A DNA stretch of 48,390 nt from a virus (taxonomy: Duplodnaviria > Caudoviricetes), in the IMG/VR virus record IMGVR_UViG_3300037408_000837, positions 1-48,390 of that record; one strand, given 5' to 3'. Numbering within the stretch: position 1 is the first letter of the stretch; the number at the start of each line of letters is the position of its first letter. Made by a program: the position numbers and the translations under genes. Of the stretch, positions 36,824 to 44,689 are shown piece after piece. The notes below the pieces were generated by a model that did no database searches, was not told the DNA's origin, and saw nothing but the letters and a program-made list of their open reading frames with translations.

Positions 36824-37554
36824 CTGAACGGTTCAAGACCCTCGAGATCGAGATCAACTCGACCTGCGACATGGCGTGCCCGCACTGCGATCGCTTCATC
36901 GACTGCGCGCCTACGAGCTCCATGACCGTCGAGCAGATCGGGCGCTTCGTCGAGGAGTCGCTGGTGCTCGGCTGGGAGTGGGACCGCATCCACATTCTCG
37001 GCGGCGAGCCCACCCTGCACCCGGAGTTGCACAAGGTGGTGGACGCCCTGGTGCGTTACCGCGAGCGCTACCCGAACGTGTTGCTCCGCCTGATCTCCAA
37101 CGGCTCCGGCAAGCTGCTTCGGCACCGTCCATTCCTGGAGCGGATGGGCATTGCCATCAACGTCGAGTCGAAGGGTGGTGGCCTGCCATCGTGGTTCACA
37201 AACGCTCGGCGCGCACCCATCGACGTGCTGGGTAGCAAGGACCCGCTGCCGCCGTGCGCCATCTTCGGGATCTCGGGCTGCGGCATCGGGCTCACGAAGC
37301 ACGGTTTCTTCCTGTGCGGGGCGGGCGCGTCATGCGCTCGCGTGGCGGGACTCGACATCGGCATCCAGCGGCTGGCTGACCTGACCTACGAGGCCGCGCT
37401 CAAGCAGGCCAAGGCCGTCTGCAACATCTGCTCGCACCACAACCTGACACGGGTCCCGGCAGCGCAGGACGCCAGCATCTCGCCCTTCTGGCAGAAGGCC
37501 ATTGCGGCCTACCAGAGGCAGGCTCCCCGCATGACCCTGTACGGTGCCGCATGA
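36820..37554 (+). CDS. Radical SAM enzyme (paralog of 34594-35430)
   Basis: IEINSTCDMACPHC; GGEPTLHP; SNG; CGIGL...GFFLC; VCNIC. Confidence 0.88.
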   Translation: MTERFKTLEIEINSTCDMACPHCDRFIDCAPTSSMTVEQIGRFVEESLVLGWEWDRIHILGGEPTLHPELHKVVDALVRYRERYPNVLLRLISNGSGKLLRHRPFLERMGIAINVESKGGGLPSWFTNARRAPIDVLGSKDPLPPCAIFGISGCGIGLTKHGFFLCGAGASCARVAGLDIGIQRLADLTYEAALKQAKAVCNICSHHNLTRVPAAQDASISPFWQKAIAAYQRQAPRMTLYGAA

Positions 37555-38156
37555 CTCACGTCGAGTGGTTGTGCTCGCTCTTCCCGTCCGGCGGCTTCTT
37601 CGTCGAGGCTGGCGCGCACGATGGCATCGGCGATTCGACGACCTACGCGCTCGAGAAGGCGGGTTGGTTCGGCCTCTGCGTCGAGCCGTCCCGCGCGTTC
37701 GCCGGGTTGAAGCAAAATCGCAAGTGCAAGGTCGACGACCGCTGCCTGTGGAACCGCGACGACGGCCTCGTCGGCTTCATGCACGTCGACGGCAACCAGG
37801 TCGAGTTGTCGGGGATCGTCGAGTGTTTCGGCGACCACTGGAACCGGGCCGGCTACAAGCACAGCATGACCACACGCCCGACGGTGACGTTGACCACGTT
37901 GCTGTACCAGCATCTCGCCCCGGTGCGCATCGAGTTCCTCAGCCTCGACACGGAGGGCTCGGAGTTTCAGATCCTGGACGTCCACGATTTCGACCGCTAC
38001 CGCTTTCTGACCATGTCCGTCGAGCACAACCGCGTTGAAGCCAAGCGGCAAGCGGTGCGGGGACTGCTGTTCTCCAAGGGCTATCGGCTGTCGACGGCGG
38101 TGCCTGCGGATGTCGAGGACTACTTCATCCACGAGTCTGTGCAGGTGCGAACGTGA
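37551..38156 (+). CDS. FkbM-family methyltransferase
   Basis: GFFVEAGAHDG...S.T..LE..GW.GL.VEP; I.FLSLDTEGSE..IL; VEHN. Confidence 0.9.
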   Translation: MTHVEWLCSLFPSGGFFVEAGAHDGIGDSTTYALEKAGWFGLCVEPSRAFAGLKQNRKCKVDDRCLWNRDDGLVGFMHVDGNQVELSGIVECFGDHWNRAGYKHSMTTRPTVTLTTLLYQHLAPVRIEFLSLDTEGSEFQILDVHDFDRYRFLTMSVEHNRVEAKRQAVRGLLFSKGYRLSTAVPADVEDYFIHESVQVRT

Positions 38157-38779
38157 GGGGCATCACCGTCTGCGTCGACTACGCCGACCTGCTCAAGTAC
38201 ACCCTGCCGCGCAACGCGGACCACTTCGACGAGGTCCTCGTCGTGACGGCGCCGCGCGACGAGGAGACGAAGCGCGTCGTCTCGCGGGTGAGCAACGCGC
38301 GCTGCTACGAGACGGAGGCCTTCTACACCCAGGGCGCCAAGTTCAACAAGGGCGCGGCGATGGAGGAAGGCTTCGACGTGCTCGGGCGGCACGGGTGGAT
38401 CTGCATCTTCGACGCGGACACCCTGTTGCCCAACGTGCTGTCGTGGCCCGAGGCGTCCGGCTGCATCTACTCCGCGCACCGCCGGATGTGCGTCGACCCG
38501 ACGCAGGACCTGCAGGCGGTGCTCGCGGAGCAGTGGCAGCAGTTCGCGGTCTGCCCGGATCGAGAGCCAGCCGGCTACTGCCAGATCTTCCACGCGGACG
38601 ATCCGGCGCTCGTCAAGCGGCCCTGGTACGGGACGCACTGGGAAGACGCGCGCGGCTGCGACTCGACGTTCAACCAGCACTGGCCGCGGAAGCGGTGGAG
38701 CTGGCTCCAGTGGCAGGTCTGCCACCTGGGTGAGTGCACGGTGAACTGGGGCGGGCGCGTGTCGCCGAGGGTGCCGTGA
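38153..38779 (+). CDS. Glycosyltransferase (GT-A/GT2-like)
   Basis: ITVCVDY.D.L..TL; VVT...D..T; FNKG; DAD (DxD); GY.Q.F; D..F...W. Confidence 0.82.
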   Translation: MRGITVCVDYADLLKYTLPRNADHFDEVLVVTAPRDEETKRVVSRVSNARCYETEAFYTQGAKFNKGAAMEEGFDVLGRHGWICIFDADTLLPNVLSWPEASGCIYSAHRRMCVDPTQDLQAVLAEQWQQFAVCPDREPAGYCQIFHADDPALVKRPWYGTHWEDARGCDSTFNQHWPRKRWSWLQWQVCHLGECTVNWGGRVSPRVP

Positions 38780-39369
38780 TCTACGTGCTCGGCGAGAGCC
38801 ACGCCGGCTGTACGTTCGCCGGCATCCCGGGGGTTGAGGCGGTGCTCGTCGGCACGCTCACGCTCAAGAGGGTGGGGCTCCCCGGTGACCGCTCGCTGGC
38901 AGACGCGGTGGCCAGGCTCCAGCTCGGGCCCGCGGATGTCGTGCTCTTCATGTTCGGCGAGATCGACGTGCGCAAGCGGCTGAAGCAGCGGCTCGAGCGC
39001 GAGGGGCGCTACCTGCATGACGTGCTGCTCGACAACGTTGCCGCCTACCTCGACGTCATCCGCACGCTGGACCTGCACGGGGCGCGCCGCGGCCTCGTGA
39101 GCGTCATCCCGCCGAACCGCTCGCGCGAAGACAACGCGGACATCATCCTGCCGTCGTGCTCCGACGAGGAGCGGGCCGAGTACACGAGCATGCTCAACTT
39201 CCTGCTCGCGGCCGGCTGCACCGGGTTCGATTTCATCTACGTCGACGTGTACTCCGCCTACAAGGACGAAGACGGCATGCTGCCGCTCGAGTGCTCGCAG
39301 ATCGGCGGCTCGCACGTTTCTGACATCACCAGGGCGCGCGACACCCTCGTGAGCATGGGCCTGCTGTGA
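38776..39369 (+). CDS. SGNH/GDSL-like hydrolase or acyltransferase
   Basis: N-terminal VLGESH (GDSH-like); FGEIDVR; C-terminal His (GGSHV). Confidence 0.7.
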   Translation: MIYVLGESHAGCTFAGIPGVEAVLVGTLTLKRVGLPGDRSLADAVARLQLGPADVVLFMFGEIDVRKRLKQRLEREGRYLHDVLLDNVAAYLDVIRTLDLHGARRGLVSVIPPNRSREDNADIILPSCSDEERAEYTSMLNFLLAAGCTGFDFIYVDVYSAYKDEDGMLPLECSQIGGSHVSDITRARDTLVSMGLL

Positions 39370-40442
39370 ACCGTTGCGCCGGCTCCGATTGGCCGCGTGT
39401 GCTGATCCCTGCGCCGGGCTGCTTCCCGCCGACGGTCGTCCCGCGCCGTGACGAGCGGGTGCTGCACCTGGCCTTCTGGAACGCGGTGTCCGACGGCCGT
39501 GGCCTCATGCGCGCGCTGTCCACCCTCGGCGAGTACCTCAAGATCGACTGGCGCCAGGCCGCCATCGAGCGTGCGCTGGAGAGCCAGGCGCTGCGCGCCG
39601 CGGCCGCCATCCAGCCGACGCTCGTCTTTCTCGAGCTGCGCGGCCCCACCCCTCGCCGCGGCGGGCCCACACCCGCACTGCTCCGGCAGGTGCGCGCCCT
39701 CTGCGATCCCCGCGCTGTCCTCATGGTCTTCTACGGCGACCAGTTCCACGAGCCGGCCGACACGGCGAACGCCTGGCTGCTCGAGCTCGCGCGCGCCGCC
39801 GACGTCTTCCTGGTCTGCAACACCCAGCACCCGGCCGAGTACGCCCGCCTCGGCGTGCCTCACCCGGGCTACCTGCAGGCCGGGTTCGACGCCGAGGTCT
39901 TTCGCCCGGGCGCGCCGGCGGCTGACGCCCCGCCGCTCGCGTTCATGGGCACGCGGCACCGGCAGCCCGCCTACCGCCAGCGCAACGAGGTTGTCGACCG
40001 CCTCGCCGAGGCCTGCCCGGGCGCGCTGCGCTGCTACGGCTTCGGCTGGGAGGCGAAGGGCACCTTCCTCGCGCCGGCCGCCGAGGCCGCGGTCTACGCC
40101 AGCGCGCGGGCGGCGCTGTGCATGTCGATCCGCAACGACCTGCCGCGGTACACGTCCGACCGGCTCTTCCGGGCGCTCGGGAGCGGAGCCGTCGCCCTGG
40201 TCGAGCGGTTCGCTGACTGCGAGGACCTCGGCCTGGTCGACTCGGTCAACTGCTTCGTCTGGCGCGGCTGGGATGAGTTCGGCGGGCTGCGCTCCCTGGT
40301 CGAGGACCTGCAGCGCGGCTACTGGAGCCCGGAGGACCTGCAGGAGCTACGTCGGCGCGCCGCCGCGCTCGCGCACGAGGTGCACACCTGGGGCGCGCGG
40401 ATGGGGGAGCTGGCGGCGATCGTCGAGGCGGTGCGGGGCTAG
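39366..40442 (+). CDS. Glycosyltransferase (GT-B, CgeB/YkvP-like)
   Basis: GFD..VF.P; F.G; YG.GW; Y..A; YTSDRLF..LG.G; HTW..R. Confidence 0.82.
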   Translation: MNRCAGSDWPRVLIPAPGCFPPTVVPRRDERVLHLAFWNAVSDGRGLMRALSTLGEYLKIDWRQAAIERALESQALRAAAAIQPTLVFLELRGPTPRRGGPTPALLRQVRALCDPRAVLMVFYGDQFHEPADTANAWLLELARAADVFLVCNTQHPAEYARLGVPHPGYLQAGFDAEVFRPGAPAADAPPLAFMGTRHRQPAYRQRNEVVDRLAEACPGALRCYGFGWEAKGTFLAPAAEAAVYASARAALCMSIRNDLPRYTSDRLFRALGSGAVALVERFADCEDLGLVDSVNCFVWRGWDEFGGLRSLVEDLQRGYWSPEDLQELRRRAAALAHEVHTWGARMGELAAIVEAVRG

Positions 40443-40723
40443 GCGACGTTCCCGAGGCTCGCCCCGCAGGCGCTGCACACGCGGTAGCGCTGCTTGATGA
40501 GCAGGCCGATCCAGAAGAGCGGCAGGCAGCAGATGAGCAGCACCACGAAGACCACCCACCCCGCGGTGCTGATCTTCGTGAGCTCGACCGGCCGCGCCTG
40601 GCTGCGGCAGAACGGGCACTGCCAGACGGGGACGGGCGGCGCGTACGGCGGCGCGTACGGCGCCGGGTAGCCGTAGGCCGGCGGCGGGTAGGGGTACGAT
40701 CCCGGCGGCGGCCACTGGCTCAA
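40439..40723 (-). CDS. LITAF-like Zn-ribbon membrane protein
   Basis: Pro/Tyr-rich N-terminus, CPFC-hydrophobic segment (ICCLPLFW)-CSAC; TTGA overlap with GAGGTG RBS. Confidence 0.75.
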   Translation of the reverse strand: MSQWPPPGSYPYPPPAYGYPAPYAPPYAPPVPVWQCPFCRSQARPVELTKISTAGWVVFVVLLICCLPLFWIGLLIKQRYRVCSACGASLGNVA

Positions 40724-40974
40724 GGCGTCACCTCGGGCCAGAACTCCACGGTCACGCGGAAGCGACCCCGCGGACCAGGCCGCTCCAGGTCGAGGCTGCG
40801 GTTGTCCAGCCGAGGCGGCAGCGTCTCGTCGGGCAGCATGAGGTCGAGGCCGTAGGCCGACTCGTGCTCGCCGAGGATGTAGAAGTCCTCCGAGCCGTGG
40901 CGGGTCCGCGACCACTCGGCGTGGCCGACAACCTCCGTGACCTTGACGTGCGGCGCGCGCTTGTCGTCGCTCAT
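40720..40974 (-). CDS. Hypothetical protein
   Basis: AAGGAGG RBS. Confidence 0.7.
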   Translation of the reverse strand: MSDDKRAPHVKVTEVVGHAEWSRTRHGSEDFYILGEHESAYGLDLMLPDETLPPRLDNRSLDLERPGPRGRFRVTVEFWPEVTP

Positions 40975-40990
40975 CCCGTCCTCCTTCCCT

Positions 40991-41175
40991 TCACGGCCCT
41001 TCCTCGATCATCACCGCGCACACGTCCCGCGCGTCGAGCAGATGGCGCGACGCCAGCGCGAAGGCTAGCGCCGCACGGTCGGGGTCGCAGGCGTCGAGGG
41101 CGTCGAAGGCGGTCTCGACGTTGCGGAGCGCGTGCTGCGTGGCGACGTACGCCGCGCGGAGCGGGTCTTCGCCTT
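40991..41175 (-). other. Coding segment without a clear start (out-of-frame continuation of upstream ORF)
   Basis: High GC3 frame EDPLRAAYVATQHALRNVETAFDAL... begins where upstream frame loses codon bias. Confidence 0.45.
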
Positions 41176-41523
41176 CGCGCGCTTCTGGAGCTTCGTGAGC
41201 AGCGCGCGGGCCTTGAGGCGGATCGCTCCGGTAGATGCCGATGGTGCGCCCCCTTGGTCGGCCATGGCCGCCGGCTCGCGCCAGTCCATGACCTTCACCG
41301 CGCCGCCCGTGAACCGCTGCAGCGCCTCGGCCAGTTCGAGGCCGGGCACGCCGCGACCCGTGACCCAGAAGGACACGAGCTGCTTGCTGACGTCGAGGGC
41401 GCGCACCACGTCGACTTGACGCCGCTCCGTCGAGTCGAGCCACTGCTCGAGGTCGACGGAGGCCACGCTGCGAGGTTCCGGTGGACGAGGAGGTCGAGGG
41501 ATTCGCGGAATGTGCACCTGCAT
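41065..41523 (-). CDS. Cro/XRE-like HTH regulator
   Basis: L.QWL....RRQ.DV.RAL.VS.Q.VS.W..G...P....A..LQ..TGG.V...DW. Confidence 0.75.
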   Translation of the reverse strand: MQVHIPRIPRPPRPPEPRSVASVDLEQWLDSTERRQVDVVRALDVSKQLVSFWVTGRGVPGLELAEALQRFTGGAVKVMDWREPAAMADQGGAPSASTGAIRLKARALLTKLQKRAKAKTRSARRTSPRSTRSATSRPPSTPSTPATPTVRR

Positions 41524-41529
41524 ACCTCC

Positions 41530-41598
41530 ATATTATCGCGCCCTTGTGAAAAGTCTAGAAAGAATTTCTTGACTGTAAGGCCTGCCCTGGTGTAGAAC
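41530..41598. promoter_or_regulatory. Divergent sigma70-like promoters
   Basis: AT-rich island; + strand TTGACT-N18-TAGAAC; - strand TAGACT-N16-TAATAT then GGAGGT. Confidence 0.55.
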
Positions 41599-41648
41599 CG
41601 ACCCATGCACGGCACACCGCACGGTGCCTCAAACGCCACTGGCTTCCC

Positions 41649-41712
41649 GCCGTCCCCTGCGCTGGCCGTCGAGTCGTGCGGCTTGGTGACCAGCGCGGGG
41701 GCGGCATTTTTC
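41649..41712 (+). terminator. Long GC hairpin with T-tract (intrinsic terminator/attenuator candidate)
   Basis: GCCGTCCCCTGCGCTGG...CCAGCGCGGGGGCGGC followed by ATTTTTC. Confidence 0.55.
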
Positions 41713-41761
41713 GTGGGGGCGCGGCATGCCGGCTGACGGGCGGCTCTTTCCGAAGAAGCAC

Positions 41762-41938
41762 ATGAAACCTGAGACGAAGCAGGCGCTCGAAGCCGCGCGT
41801 CACGAACTGGTGACGCTCGACGGACTGCTGGCTGCGGATGGCTGCGCGCCTCATGAGACGTGGACCATCGACACGAGCGCTGTCGTCGCGCTCATCGACG
41901 CGGCGCTTGCAGCCGGCGATACGCATAGCTGTGCTTGA
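41762..41938 (+). CDS. Small hypothetical protein
   Basis: Short ORF with plausible codon bias; 3' end overlaps KTSC gene end. Confidence 0.4.
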   Translation: MKPETKQALEAARHELVTLDGLLAADGCAPHETWTIDTSAVVALIDAALAAGDTHSCA

Positions 41939-42116
41939 CATGCACGTTGAAGTACTTCCCATGGGAGTCGGCAGCCATCAGCCCCGCGTGGACCGCAGGC
42001 GGGATGTTCGCGTACTCGTAGACGGCGCCCCGCACGAACTCGATCTCCATCACCCTCGTCGTGGGGTCGTAGCCGACGGAGGCGAGGTCACTCGACGAGA
42101 CAGGTGTTCGAACCAT
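41892..42116 (-). CDS. KTSC domain protein
   Basis: PV.SS.L.SVGYD.....MEIEF..G.VY.Y..IP......LM.A.S.G.YFN..V; GGAGGTG RBS. Confidence 0.9.
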   Translation of the reverse strand: MVRTPVSSSDLASVGYDPTTRVMEIEFVRGAVYEYANIPPAVHAGLMAADSHGKYFNVHVKHSYAYRRLQAPRR

Positions 42117-42153
42117 TGCGTCACCTCCAGCGGGGGAGAGGGAGCAGGGGGTC

Positions 42154-43236
42154 ATGGCGAGGTCGAGCGGGCTGCGCGAGCTGGTCAACCAGTTGGTGCG
42201 CGAGGCAGTGACCGCGGAGTTGCGCGGGAGTGCCCCGTCTCCCCTGGCGATCACCGTCTCGACCTACGCGGGGCTGTGGCTGACACAGCGGCGCCAGCTG
42301 AAGCTCGTGAGCGTCGAGGACGACGAGACGAGACTGCGGCGTTACGTGCTTCCCCTGATCGGGACGCTGCCAGCTTGCGAGGTTCGTCCGCGCCACATTC
42401 GGGACATAGTGACCGGGCTGCGGTTGGAGGGGAGGCTGGCACCCCGGACGCAGCGGCGCGTTTACGCGGCCATGTCGGGGATGTTCCGCACGATGGTTGC
42501 GGACGAGGTGATCGCTCTGAGCCCGTGCCACTTGCGACGCGGCGATCTCCCCCCCGACGTGGACAGCAAGCGGTTCGTGCGGTCGCTGGCGATCTTCTCG
42601 CTCGCGGAAGCCGAGCGAGTGGTGAGCGCTCCGGCGATTCCGTTCGAACGACGGCTGCTCTATCTGTGGAAATTGCTCACGGGCTGCCGGCACGGCGAGA
42701 TCAAGTCGCTGGCCTTCGAGCAGATCGAGACGGCCGAGCCGCTCAACCGCATTCGGCTGGAGAAGACGAAGACCAAGCGCCCGCGCGTGGTGCCCATCCA
42801 TCCGACGCTGCAATGGGCGTTCGACGTGTGGCGACTGCGAGGCTGGAAAGAGCGCTACGGACGACCACCGACTCCGAGCGACCTGGTACTGCCCGACGCG
42901 GGTCCCGCATGGAAGGCGCAGAAGCAGTTTCTCCGCGACCTCGCAGCGCTCGGGTTGCGCCACCGTCGGGGGCACGATTTTCGCCGGACGATGATCACGA
43001 CCTACCGCGCGCTGCCCGATGCCCGCGACGAGATGTTGACCGTGATCACGCACGGCCCGCCCAAGTCCGTGCGCGAGGACTACACCTCCTGGCCCTGGCC
43101 GGTGCTGTGCGCCGAGATCCTCAAGCTGCAGTTCGGAGTGCAAGCGCTCGCCGCCGCGCAGCTCGCGTTTGCCTTCCCGCCGGTTGCGTCCAGCCAGCAA
43201 CACCGCGCGTCTCCCCGTCGGCGAGTGACCAAGTAG
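42154..43236 (+). CDS. int: Tyrosine integrase
   Basis: Core-binding region; catalytic R (TGCRHGEI), K (KTK), HDFRR, THG, Y (EDYT); adjacent tRNA fragment. Confidence 0.88.
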   Translation: MARSSGLRELVNQLVREAVTAELRGSAPSPLAITVSTYAGLWLTQRRQLKLVSVEDDETRLRRYVLPLIGTLPACEVRPRHIRDIVTGLRLEGRLAPRTQRRVYAAMSGMFRTMVADEVIALSPCHLRRGDLPPDVDSKRFVRSLAIFSLAEAERVVSAPAIPFERRLLYLWKLLTGCRHGEIKSLAFEQIETAEPLNRIRLEKTKTKRPRVVPIHPTLQWAFDVWRLRGWKERYGRPPTPSDLVLPDAGPAWKAQKQFLRDLAALGLRHRRGHDFRRTMITTYRALPDARDEMLTVITHGPPKSVREDYTSWPWPVLCAEILKLQFGVQALAAAQLAFAFPPVASSQQHRASPRRRVTK

Positions 43237-43251
43237 TCCGTCGGCCACTCC

Positions 43252-43290
43252 TTAAAAGTCCGTTGCTCTACCAATCTGAGCTATGGGCTC
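43252..43290 (-). other. attP core: 5' half of tRNA-Lys(UUU)
   Basis: Reverse complement GAGCCCA TA GCTC AGATTGGTA GAGC A ACGGA CTTTTAA = acceptor 5' strand, D-arm, anticodon 5' stem and loop; 3' half absent. Confidence 0.82.
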
Positions 43291-43378
43291 GGGTTACACG
43301 CTCGCGTCGCTCGCTAGTTTCTAACCTCCACGCCCTCCGTCGGTGCGCCGCCGTTTCGGCGACTGAGGAAGCCTAGCC

Positions 43379-43579
43379 GTGGCCTCCTCGATCGTCAAGC
43401 CGGCGCTCAACTCTCCGACCAACGGATTTCGTGTCCGTTGCCACGACTACGACTGCCCGCCGCCCGCGGACGCCGACGCGCTCGACGCCTACGAGCCGGG
43501 CACCGTGCTCGACCCGCTGGACCGCGAGGTCGTCGAGCTGCTCGCCGAGATCGCGGCGTGGGAGCGGAGTCGCCCATGA
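43379..43579 (+). CDS. Hypothetical protein
   Basis: GAGGA RBS; ATGA-coupled to next gene. Confidence 0.55.
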   Translation: MASSIVKPALNSPTNGFRVRCHDYDCPPPADADALDAYEPGTVLDPLDREVVELLAEIAAWERSRP

Positions 43580-43794
43580 CCATTGGAGTCGGTCACACGG
43601 TCATCCTCACCGACGCTGACGCGGTGCAGGTGTCCACCGCGCGAGCGGCGCGCATCGCCGTCGAGGTGCTGGACACGCTGCGCCGCAACCTGTCGGCGAG
43701 TCCGAGCGACAGCGAGTTGATCGCGTGCGCCAACAACCTCGCCGCGGGCTGGGGCGAGTACGGCCTCGTCGACCCTCTGGAGGATGACCAATGA
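43576..43794 (+). CDS. Hypothetical protein
   Basis: GGAG RBS, ATGA overlaps. Confidence 0.6.
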   Translation: MTIGVGHTVILTDADAVQVSTARAARIAVEVLDTLRRNLSASPSDSELIACANNLAAGWGEYGLVDPLEDDQ

Positions 43795-44057
43795 GCCGCG
43801 TGGCCGACCTGCTCATCACGCTCGACGAGCTGCGGGCGATCCTCGGCACGACGCAGATCGTCCGCGAGCTGGAGCTCCTCGAGCGGGACGACGCGCACGA
43901 GTGCCAGCGCGGCCTGCACCTGACGGAGGCTGCGGACCACCTCGAGCGCGCGGGCTATCTGCGCGCGGCGCTCGCCGGGCTGGACGGCATGGGCGGAGTG
44001 CCCGCGGCGTCGCCCGTAGAGGTCACGGTGCCGGCTAGCGGGACGGGGCACGAGTGA
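43791..44057 (+). CDS. Hypothetical protein
   Basis: GGAGG RBS, ATGA overlap. Confidence 0.65.
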   Translation: MSRVADLLITLDELRAILGTTQIVRELELLERDDAHECQRGLHLTEAADHLERAGYLRAALAGLDGMGGVPAASPVEVTVPASGTGHE

Positions 44058-44689
44058 GCGCGACCGGCCGCAGCGCAGTCCGCGATCCGAGCGACTACTA
44101 CGCGACCCCCGCGTGGTGCGTGCGGAGGCTGCTTGAGGCGGTCGAGCTGCCCGCGGGGCTGTGGCTGGAGCCGTGCGCTGGTGAGGGCGCCATCATCCGG
44201 GCGGTCGAGGAGCACGCGCATGGGAACGTCATCTGGCACGCCATCGAGGCGCGGGAAGAGTGCATCCCGATCCTCGACGTGATCTCGACGTGCCAGACGG
44301 CCGTGCAGGGCAGCTTCCAGGCCGTCCCTGCTGATTCGCGCTACGCCCTGGTGCTCACCAACCCGCCTTACCGCAGTGCCCTGCAGATCGTGCAGCACGC
44401 TCTCAAGTTCGCGCCCATCGTGGTCATGCTGCTCCGGCTCAACTGGCTGGCGTCCGACAAGCGCGTCGCTTGGATCCGCGCGCACACGCCGTCGGTGTTC
44501 GTGCTGCCGGATCGGCCGTCGTTCGTCGGCGAGGGAGGGGACGCCACCGAGTACGCCTGGATGGCCTGGGGTCTCGGCGTGCCGACTGTCTCGATCCTCG
44601 GATCGACGCCGCTTGCCGAGCGCCGCGGGCACGCCGAGCGCACACGCGGGCAGCGCGATCTGTTCAACCAACCTTCGGAGGTCGCCTGA
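44054..44689 (+). CDS. Orphan DNA N6-adenine methyltransferase
   Basis: DYY.TP.W; LEPCAG.GAI (motif I); TNPPY (motif IV); LLRLNWL; YAW. Confidence 0.85.
   Translation: MSATGRSAVRDPSDYYATPAWCVRRLLEAVELPAGLWLEPCAGEGAIIRAVEEHAHGNVIWHAIEAREECIPILDVISTCQTAVQGSFQAVPADSRYALVLTNPPYRSALQIVQHALKFAPIVVMLLRLNWLASDKRVAWIRAHTPSVFVLPDRPSFVGEGGDATEYAWMAWGLGVPTVSILGSTPLAERRGHAERTRGQRDLFNQPSEVA

Noticed and set aside
34594-37554. 7-deazaguanine (QueE/DpdA) DNA modification pathway
   Set aside because: No FolE, QueD, QueC or DpdA-like genes seen; neighbours are all glycan enzymes
43252-43290. Complete tRNA gene
   Set aside because: No 3' anticodon stem, T-arm or acceptor 3' strand; treated as att core
44054-44689. 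Restriction-modification system
   Set aside because: The adjacent nuclease is a recombination exonuclease; the MTase looks like a common orphan phage enzyme
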